Below, piece by piece: positions 9,841-19,663 of a stretch of DNA of 64,000 nt. Under the pieces are notes generated by a model, which worked only from the letters and a program-made list of their open reading frames with translations, searched no databases and had not been told where the DNA came from. Origin of the DNA: an uncultured virus (IMG/VR IMGVR_UViG_2788500588_000003) (Duplodnaviria > Heunggongvirae > Uroviricota > Caudoviricetes). Each line of letters opens with the position of its first letter. The first letter of the stretch is position 1. The position numbers were made by a program, and so were the translations under genes. Location of the stretch: IMG/VR virus record IMGVR_UViG_2788500588_000003; one strand, 5' to 3'.

Positions 9841-11752
9841 TTGAACCTCCTTCTGCTAACATTCCTGAAACTTCTTCAACACGTTGACCAAATCTATCAA
9901 TAATACCATCAATATCTAATTCACTGCTAATACGGTTTTCATTTTTCATATCTACTTTGATTTCTGCCGTTGTATAACGATTGATTGCTTCACGTTCAGC
10001 TATATCACGAAGATACTTTAAATCCTCATTCATTATTTTAATACCTTCAGTTGCCTTCTCGGTATTGTCTGCTGTTTTCTTACCTAACTCATTACCTTTA
10101 TCAAGTTTGTCACCTAACGCTAATGCTTTATCAATGTCATTTTTTATCTTATCTTCTTGATTATTGTCTTTTTTTTCTTCTCCAGATTTAAATAAATTTT
10201 CTCCCCAATTGTAGCCTGTATCCCAAGCCTTACTTAAATTTTTAAATTCCATTTTAGGAGCTTCCCAATAATTATCAGGAGCTTCACCAATCCAGTTGTC
10301 TAAAACTCCTTTAAGACTTTTTAGATCACTTGTTATGGACTCACGATGGCTAAACTCAGTACCCATTTTTAAACCAACGTAAGATACAACACTATCTGGT
10401 AATAAACTTATAAACCAATTCCAAGCTTGTATGGCCCAATTGACTGCATCTATGATGGCATTAACGAAATTTGTAGCAAACTGATCCCAACCTTGTGACA
10501 TGGAAATAGCAAGGTCTAAAACCAAAGTTGCTAGATTATAAAATAATCGTTTTACAGAGTAAGTTGAATTTTTCGTACTATTAACAAGAAATTCATTAAA
10601 CGAAGCAAATATATTCCAAAAAAAGGCGATTATATTATAAATAAAAGCATATAAAAACATGAATGCCCCAGCTATTATTCCTGTAGCACTAACCGAGGTC
10701 CCAGCAAAATAATTGAAAGCGGCTACCGCTAAATAGAAAAGACCAATAAGAATGACGATGGCTATTACTAAAATAAATATTGGATTGGCTGCTATCGCCG
10801 CATTTAAGCCCCATGCTGCGGCTGTTGCAGCTAATGTTGCAGATACATTCGTCCATGTAGTTGCAGTTAATAGCCCAATTGCAAGCGTTCTTAGACCAGT
10901 CCAAAGCGCACTGGCCATTTCGGCTGCTTTTACTAGTAGTAAAGCAGATTCATATACCAACATTGCTGCTGCAACAGTACTTATTATAGGAACTATAAAC
11001 GACCAACTATCCTTTAAACTCCCATCGGGTATAAAAAAATTCAATGTACTGGAGACAACTGAAGATAATTTCTCCATAGCAATGGTTACATTTTGCATGA
11101 GCTCCTTAAATGGATCGCTTTTTGCAATTTCACTTAATTTCGCTAATAGTCCATCAATAGCCATCCCAAGCACAGCATTCCTTATACTCTCTGCAGAAAT
11201 CTTTCCACTACTTCCTATTTCTCGTATTTTATCGATTAAAATACCAAGGTAATTCGTAGTATTTTGGGCACCACTTGACGTAGACTGAAATACGGTGTTT
11301 AAATCTTCTCCTTGAAGGTTTCCACTTCCCATTGCTTGTGTAAATGGTTGCTCGGTAGTTTGTAAATCATTATTGATTAACCTAGATGTGGTATTAGTCT
11401 CGTTGGACAAGAGTACTCTCCCCACTACTTGAAAATCTAAATATTTACCTACTAACTCCTTGACTTTATTTAATAACCCATCAACTGCAATAGTTCCATC
11501 CCTAATGTTGTTGCTAAAATTTTGTAGAGAATTATCAGCCTTACGAATTTCGTTTTCAACTATGTTAAATTGCTCAGCAGTTTTAGCTAATTCTCTTTGA
11601 GCTAGTTGAACACTTGAGGTATCCATCATTTGCCCTGAAGCAACATGCATAACTTCCAATTGATTGACCATCCTAGAAACCATATGATGCATGGCTTTAA
11701 TTGGTTTACTTAAACGATCTTCAATTTGAATTGCCTTACGGATTGTAGCCAT
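9827..11752 (-). CDS. Tape measure protein (short, 641 aa)
   Basis: MATIR start, TQAMGSG motif, hydrophobic middle, EDLKYLRDIAEREAINRYTTAEIK C-terminus. Confidence 0.85.
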   Translation of the reverse strand: MATIRKAIQIEDRLSKPIKAMHHMVSRMVNQLEVMHVASGQMMDTSSVQLAQRELAKTAEQFNIVENEIRKADNSLQNFSNNIRDGTIAVDGLLNKVKELVGKYLDFQVVGRVLLSNETNTTSRLINNDLQTTEQPFTQAMGSGNLQGEDLNTVFQSTSSGAQNTTNYLGILIDKIREIGSSGKISAESIRNAVLGMAIDGLLAKLSEIAKSDPFKELMQNVTIAMEKLSSVVSSTLNFFIPDGSLKDSWSFIVPIISTVAAAMLVYESALLLVKAAEMASALWTGLRTLAIGLLTATTWTNVSATLAATAAAWGLNAAIAANPIFILVIAIVILIGLFYLAVAAFNYFAGTSVSATGIIAGAFMFLYAFIYNIIAFFWNIFASFNEFLVNSTKNSTYSVKRLFYNLATLVLDLAISMSQGWDQFATNFVNAIIDAVNWAIQAWNWFISLLPDSVVSYVGLKMGTEFSHRESITSDLKSLKGVLDNWIGEAPDNYWEAPKMEFKNLSKAWDTGYNWGENLFKSGEEKKDNNQEDKIKNDIDKALALGDKLDKGNELGKKTADNTEKATEGIKIMNEDLKYLRDIAEREAINRYTTAEIKVDMKNENRISSELDIDGIIDRFGQRVEEVSGMLAEGGSIEDV

Positions 11753-12163
11753 GAACTCTCACCTCTTTATTAAAAAAAGCACCCTACTCGAAGGATGCTT
11801 TTTTATGGCTATTGTTTAATAATTTATCTTTTCACTTTTCAATGTAAAGTTGTATGCTTTCTGTTGCTTCAACTACATAATTCTGCATGGTTAAATTCTC
11901 AAGACTCCAAAGTAACTTCCAAATCCATTAATTTAAATAATTCACAAATCTATTGAATTTTATATTTTCCATTTTTAGTTTGTTCTTCTTTCAATTTGCT
12001 CATCATCTTTTACTTCACCAATTACCTTGTCGGATGAGTTGATTATTGAATTATATCAACACACCACAGCAAAAACAGACATAACATAAGTAGATAAACA
12101 AACACCTTTACATCAATATTCCCTCTTATATAGAAACATTAATACAGAAAGATTAGCTAATTC

Positions 12164-12360
12164 CTAACGCTTCCTTCTTCTTCTAGACCCTCGTTTTGCC
12201 TCGCGCTCTTGCTTCTTATCTTCTTCGATTTTGACTTGTAAAGATGCTATAATACAGGCTTTGTCTGTCAAGGATAGAGACATATATTCAGACGGAAGAC
12301 GACGCATCTTTTGCACCCACCAGTGCATTATATTAGCATCACCATCACCGTCGTCTATTA
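12164..12360 (-). CDS. -1 frameshift extension of the tail assembly chaperone
   Basis: Open -1 frame after A AAA AAC (12361-12367): LIDDGDGDANIMHWWVQKMRRLPSEY...RRRRKR*. Confidence 0.75.
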
Positions 12361-12792
12361 GTTTTTTACTTCTTCGACCATATCCTCTAGCTCAGCTTGG
12401 TACCCATTGACTTCCTGTGCCACAGCCGAGGCATCTGCCATTTCACCGATTGTTAGCATCTTTCCAAGTAAAGCATCTGCACCCATTACACCATAAGAAT
12501 CCTGCAGCTCTTTATCGTTTAAATTAGGATAAACAATAGATTCAACAGTTAATAAACGTTGGTATTTAAAATGGTCAAAATCAGTATTATACTGTCCCTT
12601 ACGCTTTCCTTGCGTAATCATAGAACGCTTAGTGGATTCTGATTTTAATTCAGCGTCTCGTTCTGGCGAAATTGGTGCGAACTCCCATTCAATTGGATTA
12701 CCTTGCTCATCCACGAATTTCTTTGAAATAGCATGCTTAATGTTTTCATTTTGCTTTTTATTGTGGGCAAAAAATGCAGTTAAGTTTGACAT
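12358..12792 (-). CDS. xkdN: XkdN-like tail assembly chaperone
   Basis: VYPNLNDKELQDSYGVMGA...KMLTIGE motif. Confidence 0.9.
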   Translation of the reverse strand: MSNLTAFFAHNKKQNENIKHAISKKFVDEQGNPIEWEFAPISPERDAELKSESTKRSMITQGKRKGQYNTDFDHFKYQRLLTVESIVYPNLNDKELQDSYGVMGADALLGKMLTIGEMADASAVAQEVNGYQAELEDMVEEVKN

Positions 12793-12859
12793 ATTTAATC
12801 ACCATATCCTTATTATTTATATTTTAAATTTAAAAAAGCCCACATAATGAGCTCTCTTC

Positions 12860-13375
12860 TTATAACATTTCTTGTAAAGTTGTAAATTCTTCTGGCATAT
12901 CCCAATCCTCGAAAGTGAAATCAATGGAATCCTCCAGATACTCCGCATCTGCATCTAATGCAGCGATAATGCCTCCATCCATATTACAGTCAATCAGGAT
13001 TGTTGTTTGACGACCTACTGACGCTGAGCCATCTTCATTCGTCACTTGGATATCAAAATAAATATCCTCCCCTGTGTCTTTGTAACGCTTTAATAACTTA
13101 CGGAATATTGAAGTATTAAAGTGGAATGTAGCACTGCCTGTAAACTCTGCACCAGTAGCTTTGTTACCCTTGGATACGCGCCCCATAATAGGTACTTGGG
13201 TTTTAGTTTTATCCATCCGGGCTTCTATGTTAATTAATTGAGCGAATAAGTATCTATTTCCTTCAATCGTCACGTATGCTCGACCTTGAGCACCATGAAT
13301 GGCATTGCGAGCGTGCATGGTAGCATCAGCAAAATATTGTAGATTCAGTGAAATTAATGTTTTGTTTGGTTTCAT
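12860..13375 (-). CDS. xkdM: Tail tube protein XkdM-like
   Basis: YFDIQVTNED...GRQT...DFTFED. Confidence 0.9.
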   Translation of the reverse strand: MKPNKTLISLNLQYFADATMHARNAIHGAQGRAYVTIEGNRYLFAQLINIEARMDKTKTQVPIMGRVSKGNKATGAEFTGSATFHFNTSIFRKLLKRYKDTGEDIYFDIQVTNEDGSASVGRQTTILIDCNMDGGIIAALDADAEYLEDSIDFTFEDWDMPEEFTTLQEML

Positions 13376-13388
13376 CTTCTGTTTCCCC

Positions 13389-14711
13389 CTATTCTACTGT
13401 TGTTGTGATGTAAAGTTGTGACATCGCAACTGTAGGATTCACGATTTCATTTACCATAACAGCTTTCTTGGAATTACCTTGTGTAATGGTTAGTTCGTCT
13501 TTGTTGTAATTTTGGATTGCTCTAATACGTTGCATTTCCATGCGATGACTACCAATGTCGTTCCATAAAGAAATACGGCCATCTTGATCATTTGGCACCT
13601 GTCCAAGATAGCGAGTGTTAAACAATTGAGCAGTATCGATGGCAAGTTGATCAAGCACACGAATAACTTGATTCATACTGAAATCCTCGTTTTTATCAAC
13701 TGTGAATGACGTAAATGTATTCACATCTTCAAGTACGCAAATGTCATCACCTACACGATGGAATACATATTTACCAGATTTCAATAAAGTTGAGAGTTGT
13801 GATTGTGTCTTGGTTTCAGACATATCAAGTGTAAATTCACCACTGTATTTTTTATTAGTATTTGACCTATTTATAAGTACTCCAGCTTGTGCGCCAGTTG
13901 CCCAATATACGGCACCGAACACTTCTTCATCAGTACCATTAGCATCGTTTTGTACGTCAATAATACCTTCATGGTCAGTGCTGCCAAGTTTATGACCTAC
14001 AAGTTGGAACTTACCACCGACTTGGTCACGAATACGCTTTGTATACTCAACATACAGCGATTTAATTGAGCTTTCGGATGATAAACAGCCGAGAGTATTA
14101 AAACCGTATGCTTCTAAAGCATCAAGTGCTTCTTGATGTACTCCACCTGTAATGGCCAAGCCATTGGAGCCTCCTGCTAATGGTGTCCCTGCTGTAACAG
14201 CTAATGTCGCATTCGTTTTAAATACGACAAAATCATTTGCGATTAAGTCTGCAGCAGTAGAAACCGCAATTTGTTCATCTACTAAAACATTAGCTAGTAA
14301 TGTCTTAACATCGAATTTCGACGGCTCATCAACATTAGCCTGAATAATAATCGTGATATCATTACCTCGTGCACCTTTGTACTTAGCTGTGGCAAAATTA
14401 TTAGTAGCTGCCTCTGCATCCACAGCAAGTTTGTACAAATAAACAGTGTTGGCATTTTTAAATACATCACGGATACCTTTCAATTTTGAATCCGTATATT
14501 CATAACCAAAGATTTTGCGAGAATCCTTTTGCAAATCCTCTTGTGTTACAGCAAATACTTCGCCATCTAGGCCCCAATCAAGTGCAATTGGCAAACCAAC
14601 GTAACCGCGATCACTTAGATTTACAAATGCACGAGTAGAGCTAATAAAATTATGATATGTCCCTGGTAATACTTTATTTTGTGTTAAAAATATCCCTCCA
14701 CCTAACGCCAT
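13389..14711 (-). CDS. xkdK: Contractile tail sheath protein XkdK-like
   Basis: MALGGG.F.TQNKVLPGTY.NF start; NQVIRVLD motif. Confidence 0.93.
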   Translation of the reverse strand: MALGGGIFLTQNKVLPGTYHNFISSTRAFVNLSDRGYVGLPIALDWGLDGEVFAVTQEDLQKDSRKIFGYEYTDSKLKGIRDVFKNANTVYLYKLAVDAEAATNNFATAKYKGARGNDITIIIQANVDEPSKFDVKTLLANVLVDEQIAVSTAADLIANDFVVFKTNATLAVTAGTPLAGGSNGLAITGGVHQEALDALEAYGFNTLGCLSSESSIKSLYVEYTKRIRDQVGGKFQLVGHKLGSTDHEGIIDVQNDANGTDEEVFGAVYWATGAQAGVLINRSNTNKKYSGEFTLDMSETKTQSQLSTLLKSGKYVFHRVGDDICVLEDVNTFTSFTVDKNEDFSMNQVIRVLDQLAIDTAQLFNTRYLGQVPNDQDGRISLWNDIGSHRMEMQRIRAIQNYNKDELTITQGNSKKAVMVNEIVNPTVAMSQLYITTTVE

Positions 14712-14712
14712 A

Positions 14713-14934
14713 TTAATTACCTCCCCTATCGAATTTTTTCAGTATTTCATCCACTTGAGCGAATGAATATGTTTTTTCTGCTTCTAGTAATGCATTGAGT
14801 GCATCACGGCGATAAATATATTTTTGACTTTTTGCAAGTTGTTCTTTTGTGAATTTAGGTAGTTTAGACATAATTACCTTTTTGACATCTTTGCTATCCA
14901 TCGGCTCAACCACCTTATGAATTATTTTCGCCAA
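14713..14934 (-). CDS. Small phage structural-region protein
   Basis: FTKEQL.KS.KY...RDALNALL motif, typical upstream of sheath. Confidence 0.7.
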   Translation of the reverse strand: MAKIIHKVVEPMDSKDVKKVIMSKLPKFTKEQLAKSQKYIYRRDALNALLEAEKTYSFAQVDEILKKFDRGGN

Positions 14935-15364
14935 CTGATACCACCTCTTCTTTGTTAATATAATGATCTAATGACCCCATAAAAACTTTCTCTTCTACTT
15001 CTTGTAAGAAGAAACTGAAACGAATATAATTATTACCAATTCCTTCAATTACTTCGCTAGTTGCTCCAGAACCACACAGTAAAGAATCGTTTAACAGTGT
15101 TATTTCTTTTATTGCTTTTTGAACTTTCAATGTCATATTAGAAGCCTCGGATATGCCATTTTTAGGGTAATACTTCACATTAAAAAGTGTTGTTACTTTC
15201 CATCGACCACCCATTTGCCGAATATGCTCTAAGCTCAAAAATTGAATTAAAAAAGCAGGTGTATTAAACCCCTGCGGTAATTCATCAATATATTTTTTAT
15301 AATCTGCTCCGAAAGCTTCCTGGAGCTTAACGGATATACCGTTCTGGATATCATTAATTTCCAT
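14915..15364 (-). CDS. Putative tail terminator / completion protein
   Basis: ELPQGFNTPAFLI...FNVKYYP; first gene of the truncated late operon. Confidence 0.75.
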   Translation of the reverse strand: MEINDIQNGISVKLQEAFGADYKKYIDELPQGFNTPAFLIQFLSLEHIRQMGGRWKVTTLFNVKYYPKNGISEASNMTLKVQKAIKEITLLNDSLLCGSGATSEVIEGIGNNYIRFSFFLQEVEEKVFMGSLDHYINKEEVVSVGENNS

Positions 15365-15574
15365 TGAGAACCTCCTTCAACATGTTCATTCGTTTACAAT
15401 CGAATGTGGCATTACTGCATCAAAATACACATGAATGACTCACTTTCAGACGTTTTAGGAATTGTCCATGTTAAGACAGGTCCCCTCTCCATTGTCTTTT
15501 TTACAAATCCCCCAATTAAAACCACTCCTTTTTGTTTTAGCCTTTTAGATTAATTAAGATACCTCATCCCTTGA

Positions 15575-15715
15575 AAAATCTAGCCGGCCTAGTCATGCCA
15601 CTAACAAACTTATAGGGCAATGGACGATCGACGGTAAGTCTTTCCAAACAATTTATGGTTTTTAAAGATTCCAAGGAGGAAATCCTTATCACGTCGTCCT
15701 ACTTCCGAGTTTACA
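15575..15715 (-). ncRNA. Conserved structured late-operon leader (copy 1)
   Basis: Homologous to 55970-56119; nested stems GGACGA/TCGTCC and TTTCC/GGAAA. Confidence 0.55.
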
Positions 15716-15741
15716 CTAACAATTACTAAAAATGATATGTT

Positions 15742-15784
15742 TGGAACGTTTGGAACATCTGTCACACTTGGAACATTTGACAGG
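15742..15784. promoter_or_regulatory. 9-bp-period repeats, putative late-activator binding sites
   Basis: TGGAACG, TGGAACA, TGTCACA and TGGAACA at 15742/51/60/69, upstream of a TAAACT -10-like box on the minus strand. Confidence 0.6.
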
Positions 15785-15907
15785 TAAAATTAAATTTAAA
15801 GGTCAAATATTATTAAGTCGCATTAGTTTAGGGGAAAATATACAAAAAAAGTTCCTTATTTCCGTTAAATTATAGCTAATGATTTCTGAAAAGAAGTTAC
15901 TTTTTGG

Positions 15908-16342
15908 TTACTTCAACATCATATCTAAAACTCTTTCCCTCACTCGCTGAACACTAGTATGACTTATATTAAGCTTGGCACCAATCCAACGGAATGACAT
16001 ACCCTCTAGTAACCAGAAAAGTACTTCCTGTTCAAGGTCTCCAGTTACTTTATCAGCTAAATTTTGAACCAATAGCAGTTCATTTTGGATCTTGTTAATA
16101 CGCCCCTCTCGTAAAGCTTTCATCTGTACATGAGCATAAACTGGGTCACTTTTATTTCCAATAGCCTTAGGCATTGTTGCCTCAAAACCATACTTAACTG
16201 TAGAAGCAGCAGTTGTTAATGACTCCAATTCTTCCTTCATTCTCATGTACTTACACATGTTGTCATGGTATTTCTTAATTGCCTGGTCTAGTTGGTACCG
16301 ATTTAGTTGTGTTTTTTCTTTTAACATAGTTTTATCCTCCAC
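15908..16342 (-). CDS. Late transcriptional activator (ArpU/RinA-like, C-terminal HTH)
   Basis: YGFEATMPKA...SDPV and C-terminal HTH (GMSFRWIGAKLNISHTSV); homologous to 58071-58511. Confidence 0.8.
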   Translation of the reverse strand: MEDKTMLKEKTQLNRYQLDQAIKKYHDNMCKYMRMKEELESLTTAASTVKYGFEATMPKAIGNKSDPVYAHVQMKALREGRINKIQNELLLVQNLADKVTGDLEQEVLFWLLEGMSFRWIGAKLNISHTSVQRVRERVLDMMLK

Positions 16343-16563
16343 TGATTAAATTACCGCGCTTTTGATTTTTATATTCTATTCGTCCAATTAATATCTTTAC
16401 CTACTCCAATCATGCTTTCAGCTATAGCACATACACCCCTATTTACCAAGAATTTCTAATATCTTTAGTCTCTCCACTTCAAAATCTAGCGTGTTGTTAT
16501 TAGATTCAACAGATGAAGCTGGTAAATCTTCTTTATTATTACGATTGGTAAACCACTCTGGCA

Positions 16564-17461
16564 CTATCTCTTTTCGACATTTAGGTTTTGATAAGAATAT
16601 TGGGTAGATTGTTTCTCTCTTTCATTCTTGGCCTTTAGTTGCTCAACATTCGTTATAAAGTCCTTTCGCCAGTTTGCTAAAATTCGTTCTGTATACTGCA
16701 TTGCTTTGTGTGGTTGTTGTAGTGCGGTAATTTTCATGGCTTCATAAACAAGCGCTGGATTATTTTTTCGTACCATGTCTTCTATACGTTCACAAATATA
16801 ACCAGAAGCTCTTTGTATGTTTTTATCATAGAATTGTATTAGAAATTTTAATTGTTCCTCAGTAACTGACAAATGACTGATTATTTCACCTTCTGCTATT
16901 TGTTTTTGTTTTTCTTTTCTTTTTCTTTTCTTTTTCTTTTCGTTTTTCTTTTTCCCCAAACTCTTTAGAAGGTGTATCGATATAGTATTGATATGGTATC
17001 GAGCCTATATCATTAATAGGCTGGGGTTCTTCCTGCTCATTCAATCCATTTAACAGTATTGATACGTTATCGATACTATATCCGAACAGTTCTAATGAGG
17101 TAACATAGCTCTTAACAAATGGGATATGTTTTACAGCAAGCAGCTCCTTTTCGATACATTTCTTTACTTTAGGTGAATTTATAAAATTGTATTTTGCCCA
17201 GTTAGTTAACATGATTTCTTTCGTTAATTCGTTGTAATTTATTTTTCCGTATTCAAAGAACCTTTGTAATAGCTTTTGTACTGTCTCACGGTTGTACCCT
17301 GTATGCATTTCTATTACTCTGTAAGGTAACTCGTAAATGCCACATTGTGTTGTATTACTGTTTGTCATCAAATACAGATAGAAGTATTTCTCCTCTGGCG
17401 TAAGATCTAATACAAAGCCATCATCCCAAAATGTTGTGTGTACATGTCTGTATTTAGCCAT
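16564..17461 (-). pseudogene. Phage replication initiator with DnaD-like C-terminus, frameshifted
   Basis: MAKYRHVHTTFW...LTPEEKYFYLYL N-half and YTERILANW C-half lie in different frames, broken in the GAAAAA-repeat linker ~16910-16955. Confidence 0.75.
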
Positions 17462-18252
17462 TTGTCTTCACATCTCCTTAAATCATAATTTTTAAATTTT
17501 TAATCCTTTCTATTGCATACGAGTGGAATTTATTGTGTAAGTAAAATGATAATGTTTTTCCACATAAATAATAATTTCTGAATACTCATGGTGTATGTTG
17601 ATATATCCTATATCCAGCAGCCAAATAATCCATAAAATTGCATGCATTAAAAACTTCGAAATAAACATCTTCACATACTATGAAGCTACCAAAAATCAAG
17701 GTAGAAGGTTAGTCAGACAGAGAGTACCATTGGAATTTCTCTTTTATTAAAGCTTTCACGCTATCACTCCTTCTGCTTTCTTAATATTCTCCTTAAGATA
17801 CTGTTACAAAGAACGTGTATCTTACATTGTCCTAAATGGCTACAAAAGTACTGTTCACCCCCTACTATATCTAAGGTAACTTTGTTTACAATAACGTTAA
17901 CCATGTCCTTCTATTCGATTGAATTGAGTTAAACAATTTTAGAAATGTTTTCTAGTTTTCATTTATATTTCTTTTGTTGATATTCAAATTTTCCAAGTCT
18001 TTCAACCAGTTCACTAATAGCTGGAATAACCCCAATTACTAACCAATTTTGGACTGTTCAGCAATAACTTTAAAAGCACCAAGCTTTCAGAAAAAATTAC
18101 CTTTTACCACATCTGGTAAATTACTTGGAAGATACACTTTAGTAAGTCCCCTACTAACATAATCTTTACCTTTTCACTTTACGAATTGCTCAACGTCAAA
18201 TAGATTTGCTTCACCTTCCATTTTCACTACAACATAATGTATATTTACCTGT

Positions 18253-18537
18253 TCAATTAAATTTTTGTAATTGCTTCATAATAACCCACTTTGTATTACT
18301 GTGTTTTATATGTGCATTTTCCGCACTTTTCTCAGCAAAAAAAATGGTCCAATCTATACCTAATACATTTCCAATGGCTTGTGCAACTTTCACACTTGGT
18401 TTTAGACCATTCTCTATTTTGGTGTAATATGAGCGGTCAATACCCACCATATAAGAAACTTGTTCGTGGGATAAATTTAAGTCTTTTCGTTGTCCCTTTA
18501 TAATTTCATGAAACATGTCATTACCTCCTTTGTGCAT
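18253..18537 (-). CDS. Cro-like XRE HTH regulator
   Basis: GIDRSYYTKIENG.KPSVKVA..IG.VLG.DWT.FF; likely start at 18516. Confidence 0.85.
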   Translation of the reverse strand: MHKGGNDMFHEIIKGQRKDLNLSHEQVSYMVGIDRSYYTKIENGLKPSVKVAQAIGNVLGIDWTIFFAEKSAENAHIKHSNTKWVIMKQLQKFN

Positions 18538-18637
18538 TTATTACACAAATTATAAAGTGCATTTTTTGCACAGTCAACTTATTTTTTTGTGTATTTTTTT
18601 CACAAAATATTTATTGTGCAAAAAATTCACCTATAAT
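18531..18637. promoter_or_regulatory. Divergent promoters and operators of the immunity switch
   Basis: Four GTG(C/T)A...CAC quasi-palindromes; TTGACT on the minus strand and TATAAT at ~18632. Confidence 0.65.
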
Positions 18638-18663
18638 ATAAAGAATAGAAAGGAGCGTACTGT

Positions 18664-19065
18664 ATGAAATATGGCGAGATATTAAAAAGATTGCGCACTG
18701 AAAAAGGTTTATCTCAAAAAGAATTAACTGACCTCCTTACAATCAATAGATCAACATATGCTCGTTACGAAACATCTTCCACACAACCTGACTTTGAAAC
18801 TTTAAGTAAATTAGCTGACTTTTATGATGTATCTGTAGATTATCTTCTTGGTAGAACTGAAAATAAGAATGCTTTACATACACAAGCTGGCATTACAGAT
18901 GAAGCATATTACAATCTAAGTGCATACCAAAAAGAAGTTATTGATTTCTTTTTAACAAGAGAGAATTTATTTTTCAAGAACCAACCGGAAAATATTCTTG
19001 ATGCTTTAGAACAATTCGAGGTTTATTACGAAGTATGGAAAAAGCAACAAGAGAACAAAAAGTAA
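18664..19065 (+). CDS. ImmR/Xre-like repressor
   Basis: XRE HTH ...LADFYDVSVDYLLGRT. Confidence 0.9.
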   Translation: MKYGEILKRLRTEKGLSQKELTDLLTINRSTYARYETSSTQPDFETLSKLADFYDVSVDYLLGRTENKNALHTQAGITDEAYYNLSAYQKEVIDFFLTRENLFFKNQPENILDALEQFEVYYEVWKKQQENKK

Positions 19066-19143
19066 TTTTACATTTTTAAGTACAATTTCCATACATTTAA
19101 AAAATTCACCTTTTCATTGGTGGATTTTTTTGTTAACATAAAT

Positions 19144-19157
19144 AGAACGTATGTTTG
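19144..19157. promoter_or_regulatory. LexA (SOS/Cheo) box
   Basis: AGAACGTATGTTTG matches GAAC-N4-GTTY; directly upstream of the ImmA-like gene. Confidence 0.7.
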
Positions 19158-19661
19158 CAAAAGAGGGATGTTATGACTTTCGTTTATACTCATTTAGAAG
19201 ATTACATAAAAGATTTATTCACTAGCATTAATGTGACCAGTCCAAAACAATTAGATCCAAGAATAATAGGTCCTAAACTTGGTTTTAAAGTCATTTACTT
19301 ACCTTTCGATTCAGTAAGCTATGACAACATCATTTACATAGACTCACGTTTATCCAAGCGGGAACAATGGCAAGAATTTTGCCATGAGTTGGGCCATGTG
19401 ATCTCACATTCTGGGAACCAAACAAAAACACACCCTTTGTTTAGAGAGTATCAGGAATGGAAAGCAAATAATTTTGCTCTACAAGCATGTGTACCAACAT
19501 TCATGCTAAATAAAATCAAGCTTCCTATAAATGAAGAAAAGGCTATTAATAAAATTTGTCTACTATTTAATGTTGAATACGATTTCGCGCAAAAAAGGCT
19601 TAATCATTATTTTAATAATCATTTTTTTAGCAATTGTACTCTTCTTGAAAGGAGCTGTTAG
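19155..19661 (+). CDS. ImmA/IrrE family metallopeptidase (antirepressor)
   Basis: HELGH zinc motif, QEWKANNFA; likely start at ATG 19173. Confidence 0.9.
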   Translation: MQKRDVMTFVYTHLEDYIKDLFTSINVTSPKQLDPRIIGPKLGFKVIYLPFDSVSYDNIIYIDSRLSKREQWQEFCHELGHVISHSGNQTKTHPLFREYQEWKANNFALQACVPTFMLNKIKLPINEEKAINKICLLFNVEYDFAQKRLNHYFNNHFFSNCTLLERSC

Positions 19662-19663
19662 CA

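Noticed and set aside
11800..12125. Gene between chaperone and tape measure of the tail element
   Set aside because: Only fragmented coding-like remnants with stops; cannot support a CDS
808..15364. Afp/PVC-type extracellular contractile injection system
   Set aside because: Genes are Xkd/myophage-type, and no Afp15-like AAA ATPase or clear cargo toxin lies within the operon
17480..18200. Early genes of the tail element
   Set aside because: RBS-like sites remain but frames are interrupted; treated as decayed DNA
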